Source: the human T2T-CHM13v2.0 reference genome, Homo sapiens. Taken from it: a stretch of 64,000 nt of DNA. This document shows, piece after piece, positions 46,288 to 61,364 of this stretch. Location: NCBI RefSeq assembly GCF_009914755.1, contig NC_060934.1. One strand, given 5' to 3'. A model generated the notes under the pieces. The model made no database searches and was not told where the DNA came from. It saw nothing but the letters and a program-made list of their open reading frames with translations. Each line of letters opens with the position of its first letter. Position 1 is the first letter of the stretch. A program made the translations under genes and the position numbers.

Positions 46288-47649
46288 TTCAAGGCACTGA
46301 CAAAGGAGTCAGCTGTGTGGGAGGAGTGCTGGGACACTCTTGTCTCCCTGGGGATGAGGTGGGTGGGTGGGTTAGGAAATCTTCACAGAGAAGGAGGGTG
46401 ATGTGAGACTTCTGTCCGGGAGCTGACTCGGAATTTGCCATCTAATATGTTGGAAAAGGTTCTCTGGGCAGAGGTATCCAAAGTCACTTTGCCTGTCACC
46501 CTTTGAGGTCCCAGTTGTTGCCTATATCATGTGACCAGTGTGTGGCTTCTCTTGAATTAAGAGCTGCATGTCTGGACTGCCTGGGATTTTACAGATGTCA
46601 TCTCGTTAACTCTCCCTGGAGCTTGTGACACCCAGGAGATGGCAGTTTATAGAAGCCCTGGCACCTTCTTGAATGATGCTTGGTTTGGTTTCTATGCACT
46701 GGGAATTCCTCACAAGGAAAGATTTGTCACATCTTAAGGAAGGAAAAAAAGGCAAATTTGGGAGTCCATGGATACCCTATTATTTTAGATTCCAGGACAA
46801 ATTGTCGAATAAGCACGTTTCATAAAAACAATCCTCCGCAGCATCCCGTGACAGCAGCTGGTCCCTCGCCACAGGATAATTATGTCTCCTTGTGCACACA
46901 AAAGTCTCCGAGGGCATATTGTTGTGGCTGGAGTTTCTGATAATTTCCAAATTGAACAACCTCAGTCCTAATGAGTCAGAGGCTTGTGCAATATTTTCAA
47001 ACCTCAGGAACATCTTTTTCATTAGTTGTGCAATAAAGATGGTAGGCCTATCTCTGTGATGAGCTGTTTTTTTTTCTCAAAGTTTGATGAGATTCGCCGT
47101 AGAATTCCTTCTCACATAGTCTTGGGCAAGATTTTACCCGATCTTCCAACACATGAGTCATCTCATATCCTGTGACTAAGAAGAGCTGTCTCTTTGGTGC
47201 CAGTTTTCTAAGTGCAGTCACCACTTGATGGAGACGGATGGACACAGTTGGGATTGCCCAGGCAGATGGGCAATCTTGCCAGCTAGACATAGGGGAGGGA
47301 AGCCTCAATGTTCAGCGGTCACATCTGCTTTTCTGTGGCACAGAGTGAGCTATACAGGAATATTGTATTCTCCAGGACAGTTAGGGCAGTGGGAAATGTC
47401 ATCAAACAGAACAGTGACCCAAAGAGCCACTGCCACTGGGTGCTCTGTGGGAGCTGGGCACTGTGCTCATTGTGTTATGGGCCTTGCTTTGTTCTTACCT
47501 TGTAGCCACCCAGAGAGGCAGGGCATTATCTTTGCTTCCTAGCTGAGGCCACAGAAGAGGCTCCTAGAGGTTAGCTGTAACTTGTCCAAGGCCAGCCAGT
47601 GCAAGGAGGCAGAGCCAGGATTTGAGCCCATGTCTGTTTCACTCCCAAA

Positions 47650-48030
47650 CTATTCTTCAGATTTCTTTAAGTCAAGTGTTATTTAGAAATGTTTTGTTTA
47701 TTCATCAAATATTTGGTGGGTGTTTCCAGCTATCTTTCTGTTATTAATTTCTAGTTTAATTCTATTGTGGGCTGAGAATATATTTTGTATGATTTCTATT
47801 CTATTACGTTTGTTAGGGTGTATTTTCTGGTCTAGAATGTGGTCTGTCTTGGTGAGTGTTCCCTGTGTGCTTGAGAGGAATGTGTGTTCTGTCATTGTTG
47901 AATGGAGTGTTCTATAAATGTCACTTAGGTCTAGTGGATTGATAGTGCGGTTCAGGTCAACTGTATCCTTCCTGATTTTCTGCCTACTGATCTATCAATT
48001 CCTGAAAGAGAAGTGTTGACGTCTCCTGAG
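47650..48030 (-). mobile_element. L1 ORF2 endonuclease-region fragment
   Basis: ORF 47698-47895: HTFLSSTQGTLTKTDHIL...IEIIQNIFSAHNRIKLEINN. Confidence 0.85.
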
Positions 48031-48195
48031 TCTATTCTGAAACACTGAATTGCGGTCTCCATGATGAACCACTAGAGTTAGAAAACCTGGGTCCTAGCCC
48101 CATTTGGGCCTTTGGGATGACTCCCTTCTGCCTCAGTTTCCTCATCTACAACAGGGGGACAATGATGCTGCCTAGGAGACATCAGCAGGATACTG

Positions 48196-48585
48196 TGAAA
48201 GTCCAGTGGCATAAGGGGTATGGAGGAGCTTCGTCAACTCCTAAAGCTTCAGTGCTAGGAATCCTAAAGCATTGAAATCCAAAGATATAAGGAATATGAA
48301 GGAGTTTTGTCAATTCCTAATGCTTCAGTGCTAGGAATCCTAAAGCATTAACGTCCAATGATATAAGGAATATGAAGGAGCTTTGTCAACTCCTAAAGCT
48401 TCAATGCTAGGAATCCTAAAGCATTGAAGTCCAATGATATAAGGAATATGAAGGAGTTTTATCAACTCCCAATGCTTCAGTGCTAGGAATCCTAAAGCAC
48501 TGAAGTCCAATGATACAAGGAATATGAAGGAGCTTTGTCAACTCCTAAAGCTTCAGTGCTTTAGGAGTCCTAAAGCATTGAAGCT
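48196..48585. repeat. 76-bp minisatellite, ~5 copies, internally palindromic
   Basis: AGGAG unit starts at 48224, 48300, 48376, 48452, 48528. Confidence 0.95.
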
Positions 48586-50213
48586 GTAAGAGATTAGGAC
48601 CTCTAGTTGGCAATTCCAGACTCTTCCAGGACTCCTGATAGAGCCAACACCAAGAATAGTGAAGCCAGAAGGATGGAAATAGTAAAATGCCTCCTGGGTG
48701 TCAAAGCATGGGTCTCCTCTGGGCATGTTCTCTTGTCCTACTGAGACATGATAGCTCTTGGCCAAAGTGACTGAACTTGACCCTCTGTTTCAGGAAGGCC
48801 AAATGCAGGGTTCACTACCATCATGTCCAAGGGCAGATGCGTTGGTCCAGAACATCAGCATCCCAATCATTATACCAAGCAAACAGCCGTCTCTGCCTGC
48901 ACCGTGGAGAGCACACGCTCCTCCTGGGGTGGCCTGCATCCTGTGTTCTTCTCAGGCCGACTTTCTGTTTAATGTTTGCTGGTCAGGAAATGGCCTGAGC
49001 TGAGGTTCTTCAGATCCCAGTCTGACCTTTCTCCACCAGCATTTGTGGCTCTGAAAAATATAGCCCAGTGTGGTTTATCCCCACTGGATGAAACCCAGTA
49101 GGAAAAGTCTGATAATAGCAGAAGACGCACAGGAGGAAGAGTGAGGATTTGAGAGCATCTGGGAAGGACCATGTGCCTGGATATCGTTCTGTCTGTGGGA
49201 TTCTGTGACACTTGTCATTTACAGTCTGTTCCCATGGAATTCTCATCATTGGCCAAACATATAGTCCTTCTGTCCTCTGAAAAATATCATTCTGCTCCGA
49301 CCTTTCACACCCATCTCTGACCACATCAACTCCCTGTTTGCATGCATCTTGTGGATGAAGGACACCACTTTACCTGTAAAGACACTGGTGGCTTCCCAAA
49401 GCCACCAACTGACTTGTAGAGAAGACAGAATCCCAGAGTATGAAACCTGAGGGTGAAGGGTCCTGGCAGGTCCTAGAGCTCAACCCTTCACTTCACAGGT
49501 GGGGAAACTGAGGGAGCCAATGGGAACATGACTCTCACAAGCTGCACAGCTCATCTGTAGGGGCCAGTGTGGAGTCTGTTTGTCCTGAGACCCAGGGCTG
49601 AGCCTTTGAGCCCTCCGCATCTCAGCCGCATCCTCCTGTTGGAGCAGTTAGGTGTTTGGGAGAGGCCACGGTCCATGCTCATGGTTTTCCTGTAAGGCTG
49701 GAGAAACAGGCCTTGTTCCCTTAGTCTCTCTAATCAAAATGAGGTTGCAGAAAACCCTTCTCCCTACTTCTCCCTAAAATAATTTCCTTGGATTAGAAGA
49801 TGACTAAAAGACTATTCATCCGATGACTGATGTCTCCCTTCAAGAGTTATAAGCACATATAAATGCCTTTGAATGGTAATTATAATAATTTTGCTGAAGG
49901 GAAAATATCAGTATAAATATCATGGTGGACACATGGAATGAGGACTGAGATGCTTTCATGTCTTTTCAGCTGTGGTTAGATTTTCTTTAAGCAGAATATA
50001 CAAGTTTTTCCTCTCCTAGCATAAGGACTCTTTTTTTTTGTATCTTTTCTCTCTACTTTTTAGACATGATGGAAAATGCATTTATACATTTGATGACATA
50101 TTGTACTATCTCAGTTGTTTAAAATTATAAATGTAATTTAATCATATGAAAAATTAAGAAAAGAAGATTCATATTTCACCATCATCTCCCCAGAAATATC
50201 ATTTCTTTATTAC

Positions 50214-50247
<34 letters not shown>

Positions 50248-50529
50248 TTGAGACAGGGTCTTGCTCCATCACCCAGGCTGGAGTAAGGGGCACGATCTTG
50301 ACTCCCTGCAACCTCCACCTCCCAGGTTCAAGCAGTTCTCATGCCTCAGCCTCCTCAGTAGCTGGGATTACAGGCCTGCACCACCACACCCAGCTACCTT
50401 TTATATTTTTAAGTAGAGACAGTTTCGCCATGTTGGCCAGACTGGTCTCGAACTCCTGGCCTCAAGTGATTGGCCTGCTTCAGCCTCCCAAAGTGTGGGG
50501 ATTACAGGCATGAGCTACCATGCCTGGCC
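50214..50529 (-). mobile_element. Alu with (TAA)n tail
   Basis: (ATT)n run then reverse Alu. Confidence 0.9.
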
Positions 50530-51399
50530 TAATTCCATCATTTCTGTCCCAAGTGTTGCCACCGTTTGGTTAACTGTTCCCCTGTTCACATCCATTTGGG
50601 CCAAGGTTGCAATGTTAAACAATCCTGAGATGGACATTTTCATGTTTATGGCTATTTCTGTATCTAGGGTCATTCTCTTAGGAGAGGTACTAAGGAGTAC
50701 AAAAACTGGGAAGAAGGATATGGAATTTTTATGGATCTGGTATAAATTGCCAAATTATTTTCCAGAAGGGTTGTAGCCATATTTGTTGCCATCAGCTCTA
50801 GAATTTCAACCTCGTAAGTCACTGAAAGAAATTCTCCCAAAATCAATCCTTCAGGAATAATGGAAGAAGATGGTGCCAAACCCCAGCCATTCTGCTCACT
50901 GTTAGATTCCTTTTTTGGTCTTACAGGTTACTTTTATTCTCAGGTTGATGGCTCTTAGAGTTGAGCAATGTTTGGGGTAGAATAACGAGCACTTTTAAAA
51001 CTTGGTTCTACCTGGGGAGGGGGTGAGTTGTGATCACAGACAGTCTCACCTGGGAGGGGCTTGGGTGTTTGTCGGCTTGTCCTTCTAACACTCGTGTCTC
51101 AGGCGAGCAGCCTGGGACCAGTGAGGTGACCTGAAGGCTGGAGGTCACAAGCTAAGAGGCGACAGAGAACCCAGGTCTCAGGAAGCCCAGCCCAGAGCTC
51201 GCTGCACTGAGCCTCTCGGATGCCAGCTCTGTCCAGGATGCGGGAGGAGGCCAGACTGATTTGGTCTGTTTTGAAAAGTGATGAAAATATTTATTCAAAT
51301 GTTTTGTACTCATAGGCAGAAGTATAACAGGAGCTGCATATACAAAATTATTTTCTAGTAGTCACATTAAAAAAGTAAAAAGAAAGAACACGATTATTT

Positions 51400-51765
51400 T
51401 TCTTTTTAAAACAGCTTTATTGAGAGATAATTTACATACTATAAAATTTACCCCTTTAAAGTGTACAATTTGCTGTTCTTATATATTCACAATCATGCAC
51501 GTATCACTACCAGCTCCAGGACACTTTCATCACCGTAAAAAGAAACCCCGTATCCATTAGTAGCCACCCCATACTTCTCCTCTGCCCAGCCCTAGGAAAC
51601 CACCGGTTCATTTTCTATTTCTATGAATTTGCTTATTCTGGACATTTCATATAAATGGAATCAAAGAATACGTAACGGGCTTCTGTCTCTTAGCATAATG
51701 TTTTCAAGGTTGTCCACATTGTAGCATGGATCATTATTTCATTCCATTTTATGATTAAAAATATG
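51400..51765 (-). mobile_element. L1MB-like 3' end
   Basis: CAGCTTTATTGAGAGATAATTTACATAC...CTGGACATTTCATATAAATGGAATCA. Confidence 0.8.
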
Positions 51766-54392
51766 CCTTTTAAGGGATACAGGGAGACCAGACGTCTATT
51801 TTATCTCCCCTCCCTGATGGGGAATCCTAATTTCAGCCTGGAAAGTCACTGCGAAAGTCTAAACTGCAGAGGTGATACTGTTTCCACTGGAAGAAACTGT
51901 AGCACCTGACTCAGGAAGCCAGCATTAAAACCAAGAATATTCTATATGGATGGGGATTACGCACTGAAAGGAAAACATGAGGAAATGCACTTTTCAGATT
52001 TATTAGATCATAGAACTTTTTTGGAGCTGGAAAGGATGTCGGAAACCGTCTAGCCTACCCCCTCATCTTACCACTGAGGTAACTGAGGCCCAGGAAGGGG
52101 AAGTGGCTTGTTTTGGGTCCGGGACCACTCTTCATTTCTTATTTGAGCCAAAGCTTCCTTCTGGCGTCTGTCTCTGTTTCACAAGTTCCCCTCGCATGGG
52201 GGCTGGGTACTGCTTGGAAGAACTGGCTTCTTCCTTGATACAGGGGCTCGTTCACCATCACCTCCCTCCCTCACGTCTCTTCTGCCTCTCTGCAGCCTCA
52301 GGCCCTCCTCCTGCACCAGGGGGGCAGACTCAACCCGGGTGGGCACTGCCTCCCACTCCGTGGCCAGAGGCTGGAGGGCTAGGGAGACTGAACAGCCCCG
52401 GCAGCTCCAGACATAACAACCTATGTTGAGGAGTCAGGGCAGGAAGCGAACCCAGCTGAGAAATCTGCGAAGGTCAGGACCAGAGCCAGACGCTTATCAA
52501 GAGCAAAGTTAATGGTTTTTGTGAACCGAGCAGTCAGCTGTTTCCCCGAAGATAATAATAGACACATCATGTTGGGCATTCAGGAGGCATCTGAAAAAAA
52601 AATTGTGCAGTGGAATTGATTGGAAGCTTTTCCCTAATGCATAAAATAGGCCAGAAAAGACTATCAAATGTAACAGCACCGATCAAACCCAATAGATCAA
52701 GCAAGGACTGAAAAACACAATTTTTTTTTTCTTTGCCAGTGAGTCTGAAAAGTGATTTTCAATGACAGGCGCCTTTAAACATAGACAACATAAACAACAA
52801 CATAGTTGTTCTGGAAGAGGCATCTTTTCCCAGTAAAGCCAAAGATGCAGATCTAGGCTGTGCTTGTGACTGACAGCACAGTGAGGGGTTCACAGCCAGC
52901 TGGCCAGGTGCCCCCCGAAAGCACATTTCGAATCTACTCTATTTGAGAGAGACTGCCTTAGCCTTGTTTGGGTAAGTCTTCCTCCTTCACTTCACCTGCC
53001 ACAGACTTTTCCAGGCACCATCTGCTGCAGTCTTGGCCCAGCCCCTGCAACAGTTACTGCTCAAGGCACCCGGGACATGCAGGACGGGGGAGCAGCCTGA
53101 GGTCTGGCGTCCGGCGAGCTTTTCCCACTTGGAGCCGTCTGGGAGACTGTCCCGGAAAGAGAGGGGCTGCCAACACTTGGAAGTGCCAATGTGTGCTGCA
53201 AGTCGAGGCCAGGCTCCCGGCTCCCCCGCCTCTTCCTCCTTGATTCATTAAAAGGAAAGAAAGAGGCCACACGAAACTCTCCTGAATTTCATTTCTTTGT
53301 TTCTATACAAAAGACAGAGCGTGGTCATTCATCATTCAAATTTTAGCCTTTTTAAACAAATAATAATTCCTGCTTGTGAATTCAGTGTATTTTAACAAGA
53401 GTAGGTCTGAGGGCCGTTGGCCGTGTCTTTCCTTAGATTTGCAGACAGCGGCCCTGATGGTGCATAGGGTTTCAGGTTTCCTTTAGACCTCAGCTGGCTG
53501 CCTGGGCCACCACTTAGCAATGCCATTGTCCTTCCTGTGCATTTTCTTTGCAGAATTCGAGGAAATCCAGTCGCACAGGCCCCTCTGTGCCCATGTCCCC
53601 GGCGCCCTGGAATGTGCAGTACCAGCAGCAGCGATTAGAATGGGGGTCTGGTTTCCCGGAATGTGCAAGGTCTGGCTTCTGTTTCTGCTGCCTCCATGCC
53701 CCAGACCAGTGCTGGGCCGGGCTCTGGGCTGGAGCCGTGGCTGACAAGTTTCCTTGGAATTTAATGGAGCGGGCCAGACAGCATGCAGCCACTCAAACTG
53801 AAAACCTGGGAAAGAAATGAGTGTTGTGGGGCAGCTTTGCTGCATTCACTGGGTCATATATGCTTCTTTTTCTTTTCCTCAGGCAACCCCTCTTGCAGAC
53901 AGGAGGCCCCCTCCCCTTTCGCTTCATGCCTCACTGGCCATTAGGAACCTTTTAAAACTGATTTCTCTCCTGACCCTCAGAGAGAACATAGTCCAAGTTC
54001 CCTGGAGGAGGAGGAAGCGCTCTGTGTTTCTCTGCAGTTCACGGCTCAGTTAAATGCAGCCTACGTGCTGTCTTTCCCCACTCCTCTGCCTGCTCCCGTT
54101 GTGCTTCTCATGATCATTCTCAAATTCAGCGAGAAACCTCACAAAGGGAGCTTTTCTTAGGGAAGAGTCATCCTTGGCCTCCCGAATGTGGACCAGCCCC
54201 TCTCCCCAGCTGCACAGCATCAGGTTAGTTAACCACCTGCCTCCATCTGGGTCCTGTCTGGACAGGCCTACTCACACCTGCTGCAGGCATCCAACTTGCC
54301 CTCAGGTGCCTGTGGCTCGTCCAGAGGGGTGGAGCCCACATTCCAGTCCTGACAGGTAAAGTTCAGTGGCGGGGACCCTGCATTTAGTGTAA

Positions 54393-55101
<709 letters not shown>

Positions 55102-56082
55102 TGTAGTTACTTTTAATTTAGCCATGCTCGGGGCTGAAGGGGATGCCAAAGAAATATAAGATGAGCCCCTCAGACGGCTAAAGATGAAGATGAGGCCTCC
55201 AGTATGTACCTCCCACATACACCCCAGGAAATTCTGGGTGTCACTGGATTCTGGACCTCCCAAAAGCTGCTGGCACCTGGAGGATGGGGCCCCGAGGCTG
55301 GACCTCACTCCTGCTGGGTTGCTGGACTGGGAAAGTACTGATGGCAGCTGAGGAGTGTGTCCCAGACTTCACTGAGCCATTCCCAAAGATTATTCCAAGT
55401 TCTCCTGACACTGCACTGGAGGCCTGCTGTGCTGGCCTTCTTTATTTACAGTTTCTGACTGGTGTCTAGCAGCCCTGCCAGAGAGAGCGGCAGTGTGTCT
55501 GCAGGCGACCAGGAGAAATGTCTCAGGCTTTAGAGCAGGACTTTGAGCACATAGCTGTGGGGGCCCAGCAGGCTGTCTCCTGCACGGTTACTTCTCCTTG
55601 TCCTTTCATGGTCGAGAGGTTGCTGCCTGGCCCTTCAAGTGAGGATGGGACATGCTATCCATTGGCCTTAATTTCCAACCTCTGCATGATGCATTTTATG
55701 CTCCTGCCTTTGAAAGAACTTTTATTTTCTTGTCATTTATGCCCAGACCCACATGGCAGAAGGAAGGGAGGCTGGGACAGGGGAGGCGGATAAGCTGCCG
55801 CTGACAGACCTGCCCAGTTTCTTAGCTCATCCCGGCCTCCATCCTGGTGAGCAGACACTGGCCCAATCCAGCCATATTTTTGGCTGAGTTTCTGTCTTCA
55901 CATCTCATCCTTAACCCTGAATCCTGGCCATAGTTGGTACTGGGTTGTATTCTTATTTGTAATCTTTAAAGTAGGAATACCTTTGCTGGTATTTAAAGTG
56001 GAAGAAATCAGGTGAAGAATCACAAGTGATTTGCAAACTGGAAGAGACATTAGAATGTAAATGTGAGGAAGCGTCAGCATGA

Positions 56083-56529
<447 letters not shown>

Positions 56530-59512
56530 TGAGTTTGACCAGATTAAGGCAGCATCTCCAGTGGCACCTGAGCAGCTCCTGAGATGCTTTTCTGTGCTAA
56601 ATCTGGATTTGGGGTATTAAATCAAATGAATTTGAAATGCAGGCACAGCTGGCCCCATGGGCATGGACCTGTGCAGTCACACCTTGCCCCGTGTTCAGAA
56701 GGGTGCTGTGCCTGTTTTAATGCTCTGCTGTTGCTCTCTTGAGATTCTTAATAATTTTTGAACAAAGGGCCCCACATACTCATTTTGTACTGGGTACTGC
56801 ATATTATGTAGCTAGTCTTGAATCTAGGACAGTGCATTAAAATGCCATTGATTGGATCAATCTGCTCTTGCAACTGATTTGAATTTTGGGAACATGCTGT
56901 TTCCTGTGAATAAAGGAGGATTCATTTCTTTTCCCTCGAATACACTGCGTTCTGTTTTCCAAATTAGCTCTACGTATCAACTCAGCTGAGAAATTGGAAG
57001 CGGGGATTGTTCTGGCTGGAAGGGAAGGTTAGATTGTTAATCCTGCATCCTGGCCCTGATCTCACCGAGTGTGAAGCATGTTCCCACAATGGTGTGGGCT
57101 GCGGGGGGCTGGAGGCTGGCTGAGAAGGTGGGGACCAAGGAGGGAGGCTAGCCTGGGAGCCAGACAGATGGGGTTAGGCTCTTGCTTTTGCCACTCGCCA
57201 GCTCTGAGGCTTAGGGCAACATGATTTAATTCTCTGATCCTTGTTTTTTTCATCTTTCTGTAGACTGGTGATGAGATGCACCCTGCAGGCTTGCAGGCTT
57301 GCAGGAATAATTAAAGGTAATATTTGTGCCTATTATTGGGCTTGACATATAGTAGATGCTCTACAATAAATAGATCCTATTATTCTTATTGATAATATTA
57401 TTTTATTGCTAACATTGAAGGTTGGGTGGGATTTGACTAGCTGGAGGCGAGGAGAATGAGATCATCCAGGCCGGAAGGAAAAGAGACATGAATGCAGGGG
57501 GATGGGGTGGAGCACTTTGGAGGTGTGGGGAGAGGTCTGCAGGGTGGGAGTTGTGCATTAAGGAGTCGTGGGGAGAGTGGAGGAATCAGTGCCACATGGT
57601 GAATGAGAGGGGATCGTGGGCCCGAGGAGATGGAGATGGCGATGGCTGCGGGGATCCTGCAGGAAGTTTATGTGCCCCAAAGTGGCATTATCAGTTAGGG
57701 GGAGACACTGAAGACAGAGGTGAGGCCTGCCTGAATTAGCGTAGAGTGGGATTCTTGGAAGCTTCAAAAGCTTGAGAAGAGCCACTTGGAGGTGTTGAAA
57801 TGCACCTGGGAGGGACGTGGGGACCCAGCTCTGGGCTGAGAGCTGGGAGACGGAAACGCAGGTGACCTTGGCCTTGAAGATGGGGCATGATATTTAGTGC
57901 TTTATGTGCAATCTCACCTAGGACTCCCAAGCCCTTTGGAGTAGGTGATATTAGCTCCGTGTTACAGAAAGGGAGACTGAGGCTGAAGCAGGGACATTCA
58001 TGATCTGAAGTCACACAGCTGTACGGGGCAGAAGTGGGCATGGAGGCATTAACTTAGAGCCGAAAGGTGTGACCTTTCTTAGTGTGGCTGGCCCCACGGG
58101 GAACGTGTGTGGGTTGGAGTACAACTTGGTGTTCCTACCCATCCCAGATGCTCTGCGTTTGTGAACCCCAGTTGCCACATCAGGGCGGGCGAGGGCAGGA
58201 AGCTCTGCAGGGAGAAGGGACAAGGGACAGAGCCAAGAACAGGGGCAGTGCCCCAGGGTCCTGCAGGGGCAATGAAGGGGGTTGGCACACCTGGGTTAGT
58301 TGCTGGCCAGTGTGGGGAGAGAGCTGGCCTGGGAGTCTAATGGGAATGCCAGGGAAAGCTGCCTTGGTCCCCTAAAGTGAAGCCCCCATGCTGGCCATGG
58401 AGTGTTGGTGATTGAGGGTCCCTGCTAGTTGTCTGGCCGAGGCAGCATGTCCTATAGGCATAGCTCTGGTGTCCTGCTGGCGTGGCGTGAGTGCCCCTCA
58501 TGCTGGGAGCCAGCCCTGTGCTCTGGAGGGAGGTGGTGGGAGGACAAGGGACAGTGGGACCTGCCACCTGAGCAGGAATTGGCACCTTCTCCCACTGGCA
58601 GGTCCAGGTTTTATGGAATCTGAAACTTGTACAATTCAGTATACCCTCTTCAAGAAAAACACCCCTCAAAATTATGAATATAACATTAGGTATGAAACTA
58701 TTATTGATATAGATTGAAAAAAGAAAATGCCCAAAATGACAAACTTCAGAAAATAGACAAATACTGCAAACATCACAAAATCAGAAAAATAAGATTAAAA
58801 AAAGCTAACTGCTGAACACTCCGTCATCTTGAAAATGCCCCTCTCTCCTCCTCTATTTTTTGGCTGTGAACTCTTTGCTCACCTTTTCATGTGACAATGC
58901 TTTTGTAATATTTCCTACAGAGAAAATAGAATAATTTATTATTACTTTTATTGTTTTTGGATTATTATTATGATCAATTCAATATTTTTCTGCTACCCAC
59001 ACACTCACTGTCTTCTGTCCAACCTCTGGCCTGCACCAGGGGAACCAGCAGTTTCCCCTGCCATAGGGTGTCCCTGGAGACCACACATATAGCAGGATAG
59101 ATATAGCAATTTAACTAGACACAGAAGGGACTTCAAAGCCACAAATATATCTCATTTAACCTGAACAAAATGATTATCCAGTTTTACTTTTCCCTTAGCC
59201 TCTTCCCCCAAATGCTGGCAGCCACCCTGATGGGATAGATGTGTGACAGAGGGCAAGAGACCGTGGCCCCAACCAGCTGCAGCTTCACTCTTTCATTTCT
59301 GTATACTCTCTACAAGCTGTGATGATAGCACTTTGCTAGGGCCCCTCACAGGGCAGATGGAGGGCTCCACGCTGAAGCTTTGTGGATGTTTGCTGTCTAT
59401 CCACCTCTGCTCCTTGTGCCTATGCAGGGATTCAGGCCCAACCACTGCAGAGAGCCCAAGAGCATCAGGCAGAGGTTCCCAAACTGTCATGATTGGTGGC
59501 ACCTTTAGTAGT

Positions 59513-59867
59513 TGATACGGTTTGGTTGTGTCCTCACCCAAATCTCATCTTGAATTCCCACATGTTGTGGGAGGGACCCGGTTGGTGGTAATTGAATCAT
59601 GGGGGCAGATCTTTCCCGCACTGTTCTCATGATAGTGAATAAGTCTCCCAAGATCTGTTGGCTTTATAAAGGGGAGTTTCCCTGCACAAGCTCTCTCTCT
59701 GACTGCTGCCATCCATGTAAGACATGACATGCTCCTCCTTGCCTCCCACCATGATTGTGAGGCTTCCCCAGCCACGTGGAACTGGAAGTCCAATAAAACC
59801 TCCTTCTTTTGTAAATCACCCAGTCTCAGGTATGTCTTTATCAGCAGTGTGAAAATGGACTAATACA
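59513..59867 (+). mobile_element. THE1-type MaLR solo LTR
   Basis: TGATACGGTTTGG...GGACTAATACA; 5-bp TSD GTAGT (59508-59512, 59868-59872); internal TATAAA and AATAAA. Confidence 0.9.
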
Positions 59868-60483
59868 GTAGTGCAGTCATTTTTTCGTGGTCCCCAGTAA
59901 GGCCAAAAAATACCCAACAGTTCCATTTATCAATTAGTGGAGGCCAAACAATTTGATAAGTATTTGTGTCCCTATAACACAGTGGTCATTAAAAAAAGAC
60001 ATTTTAATTTCATTATTCAATAAGCATGATTACTTATGAATGGGATATGTGCAGCTGTTGGGTGTCACATGACCTTTCAAATCTTGGAGTCAGATTGGAC
60101 ACCACCATGCCCATTTCCAGTTCAACTCTGATTTTTGTGTGGTACATGCTTTTTATCACAGTGACTGCCAGAAATCCAACTTCATATGGAATCATGAAAA
60201 GGGATGTAGTGTGATCTGATTTCAAAACTATGATCAATCTAGAGCTAGTTTACAAGGTGTCTAACAGTGATCAAGTATCACTGTATTTCCCTAGAAAACC
60301 TGAAATATCGATGAATTTTCTGTGGCACTCTGGGGTCCCTTGGGGCACACTATGGGAACCATGGGATTAGGACCATAAGGATATGATTTTGGCTTCTTCC
60401 TGCCTCAGATCTAATCTTTACCTGGCATTTTTGCCTTAAAGATGAAAGAAGCATACATTTTGATGTATTTAAAGCACATATTC

Positions 60484-60783
60484 GGCCAGGTGCGGTGGCT
60501 CACACCTGTAGTCCCAGCACTTTGGGTGGCTGAGGCAGGCAGATCACAAGGTTGGAAGTTTGAGACCAGCCTGACCAACATGGTGAAACCCCATCTCTAC
60601 TAAAAATACAAAAAATAGCTGGGTGTGGTGGCATGTGCCTGTAATCCCAGCTACTCAGGAGGCTGAGGCAGGAGAATCACTTGAACCCAGGAGGCAGAGG
60701 TTGCAGTGAACCAAGATTGCACCACTGCACTCCAGCCTGGGCTACAGAGCAAGACTCTGTCTCAAAAAAAAAAAAAAAAAAAA
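60484..60783 (+). mobile_element. AluS with 13-bp TSD
   Basis: AAAGCACATATTC at 60471-60483 and 60784-60796. Confidence 0.93.
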
Positions 60784-61364
60784 AAAGCACATATTCATTT
60801 TGTGCTTATTCTTTTGAGAGAAACACAGATAAAAGCCTATCCTTTAATTCATACTCCCCATACTGTGATTTTCATTTTTACTGCAACAAATTTTGTTCAG
60901 TGTGATAATGAATGTCAAACACTTAATGCCTTGCTCTTTTCAGTAACATGACATATTGGAGAATAATGACTGAAGCTTATCTACACTGCCTACGTCTGTT
61001 TTCTTCCACCTTGAAAGAAGTTGTTGAAAGTAATTAAGAAGTATTATGTGTAAAACTCCAGGGATGATGTGCTTCAAGGAAGCAACATTTATGAAGTTGT
61101 GTGCTTGACTAGTAGTTTATAAAGAGGAAAGACGAATCATTTATTGTCTTGGGATTGAATCTTGGCAATTTTTAAACTATAAAGTTACAGGAAATGTTGG
61201 CTGCTCTTAATGGGCCATTTGTTGTGTTAAAAATCAGTAATGAGAAATATTTACTAGGTAAGTGGAAAGATCCATCTCTATAAATTGTTGTAACTTACCA
61301 TTTTACAAATCTTAGTTACTCAGTTTTTCTGCTTAAAAATGAAATCATGTAGCACTGTATAAGT

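Noticed and set aside
48196-48585. Regularly spaced palindromic repeats resembling a CRISPR array
   Set aside because: The whole 76-bp unit is repeated with no unique spacers, no cas genes, human intron
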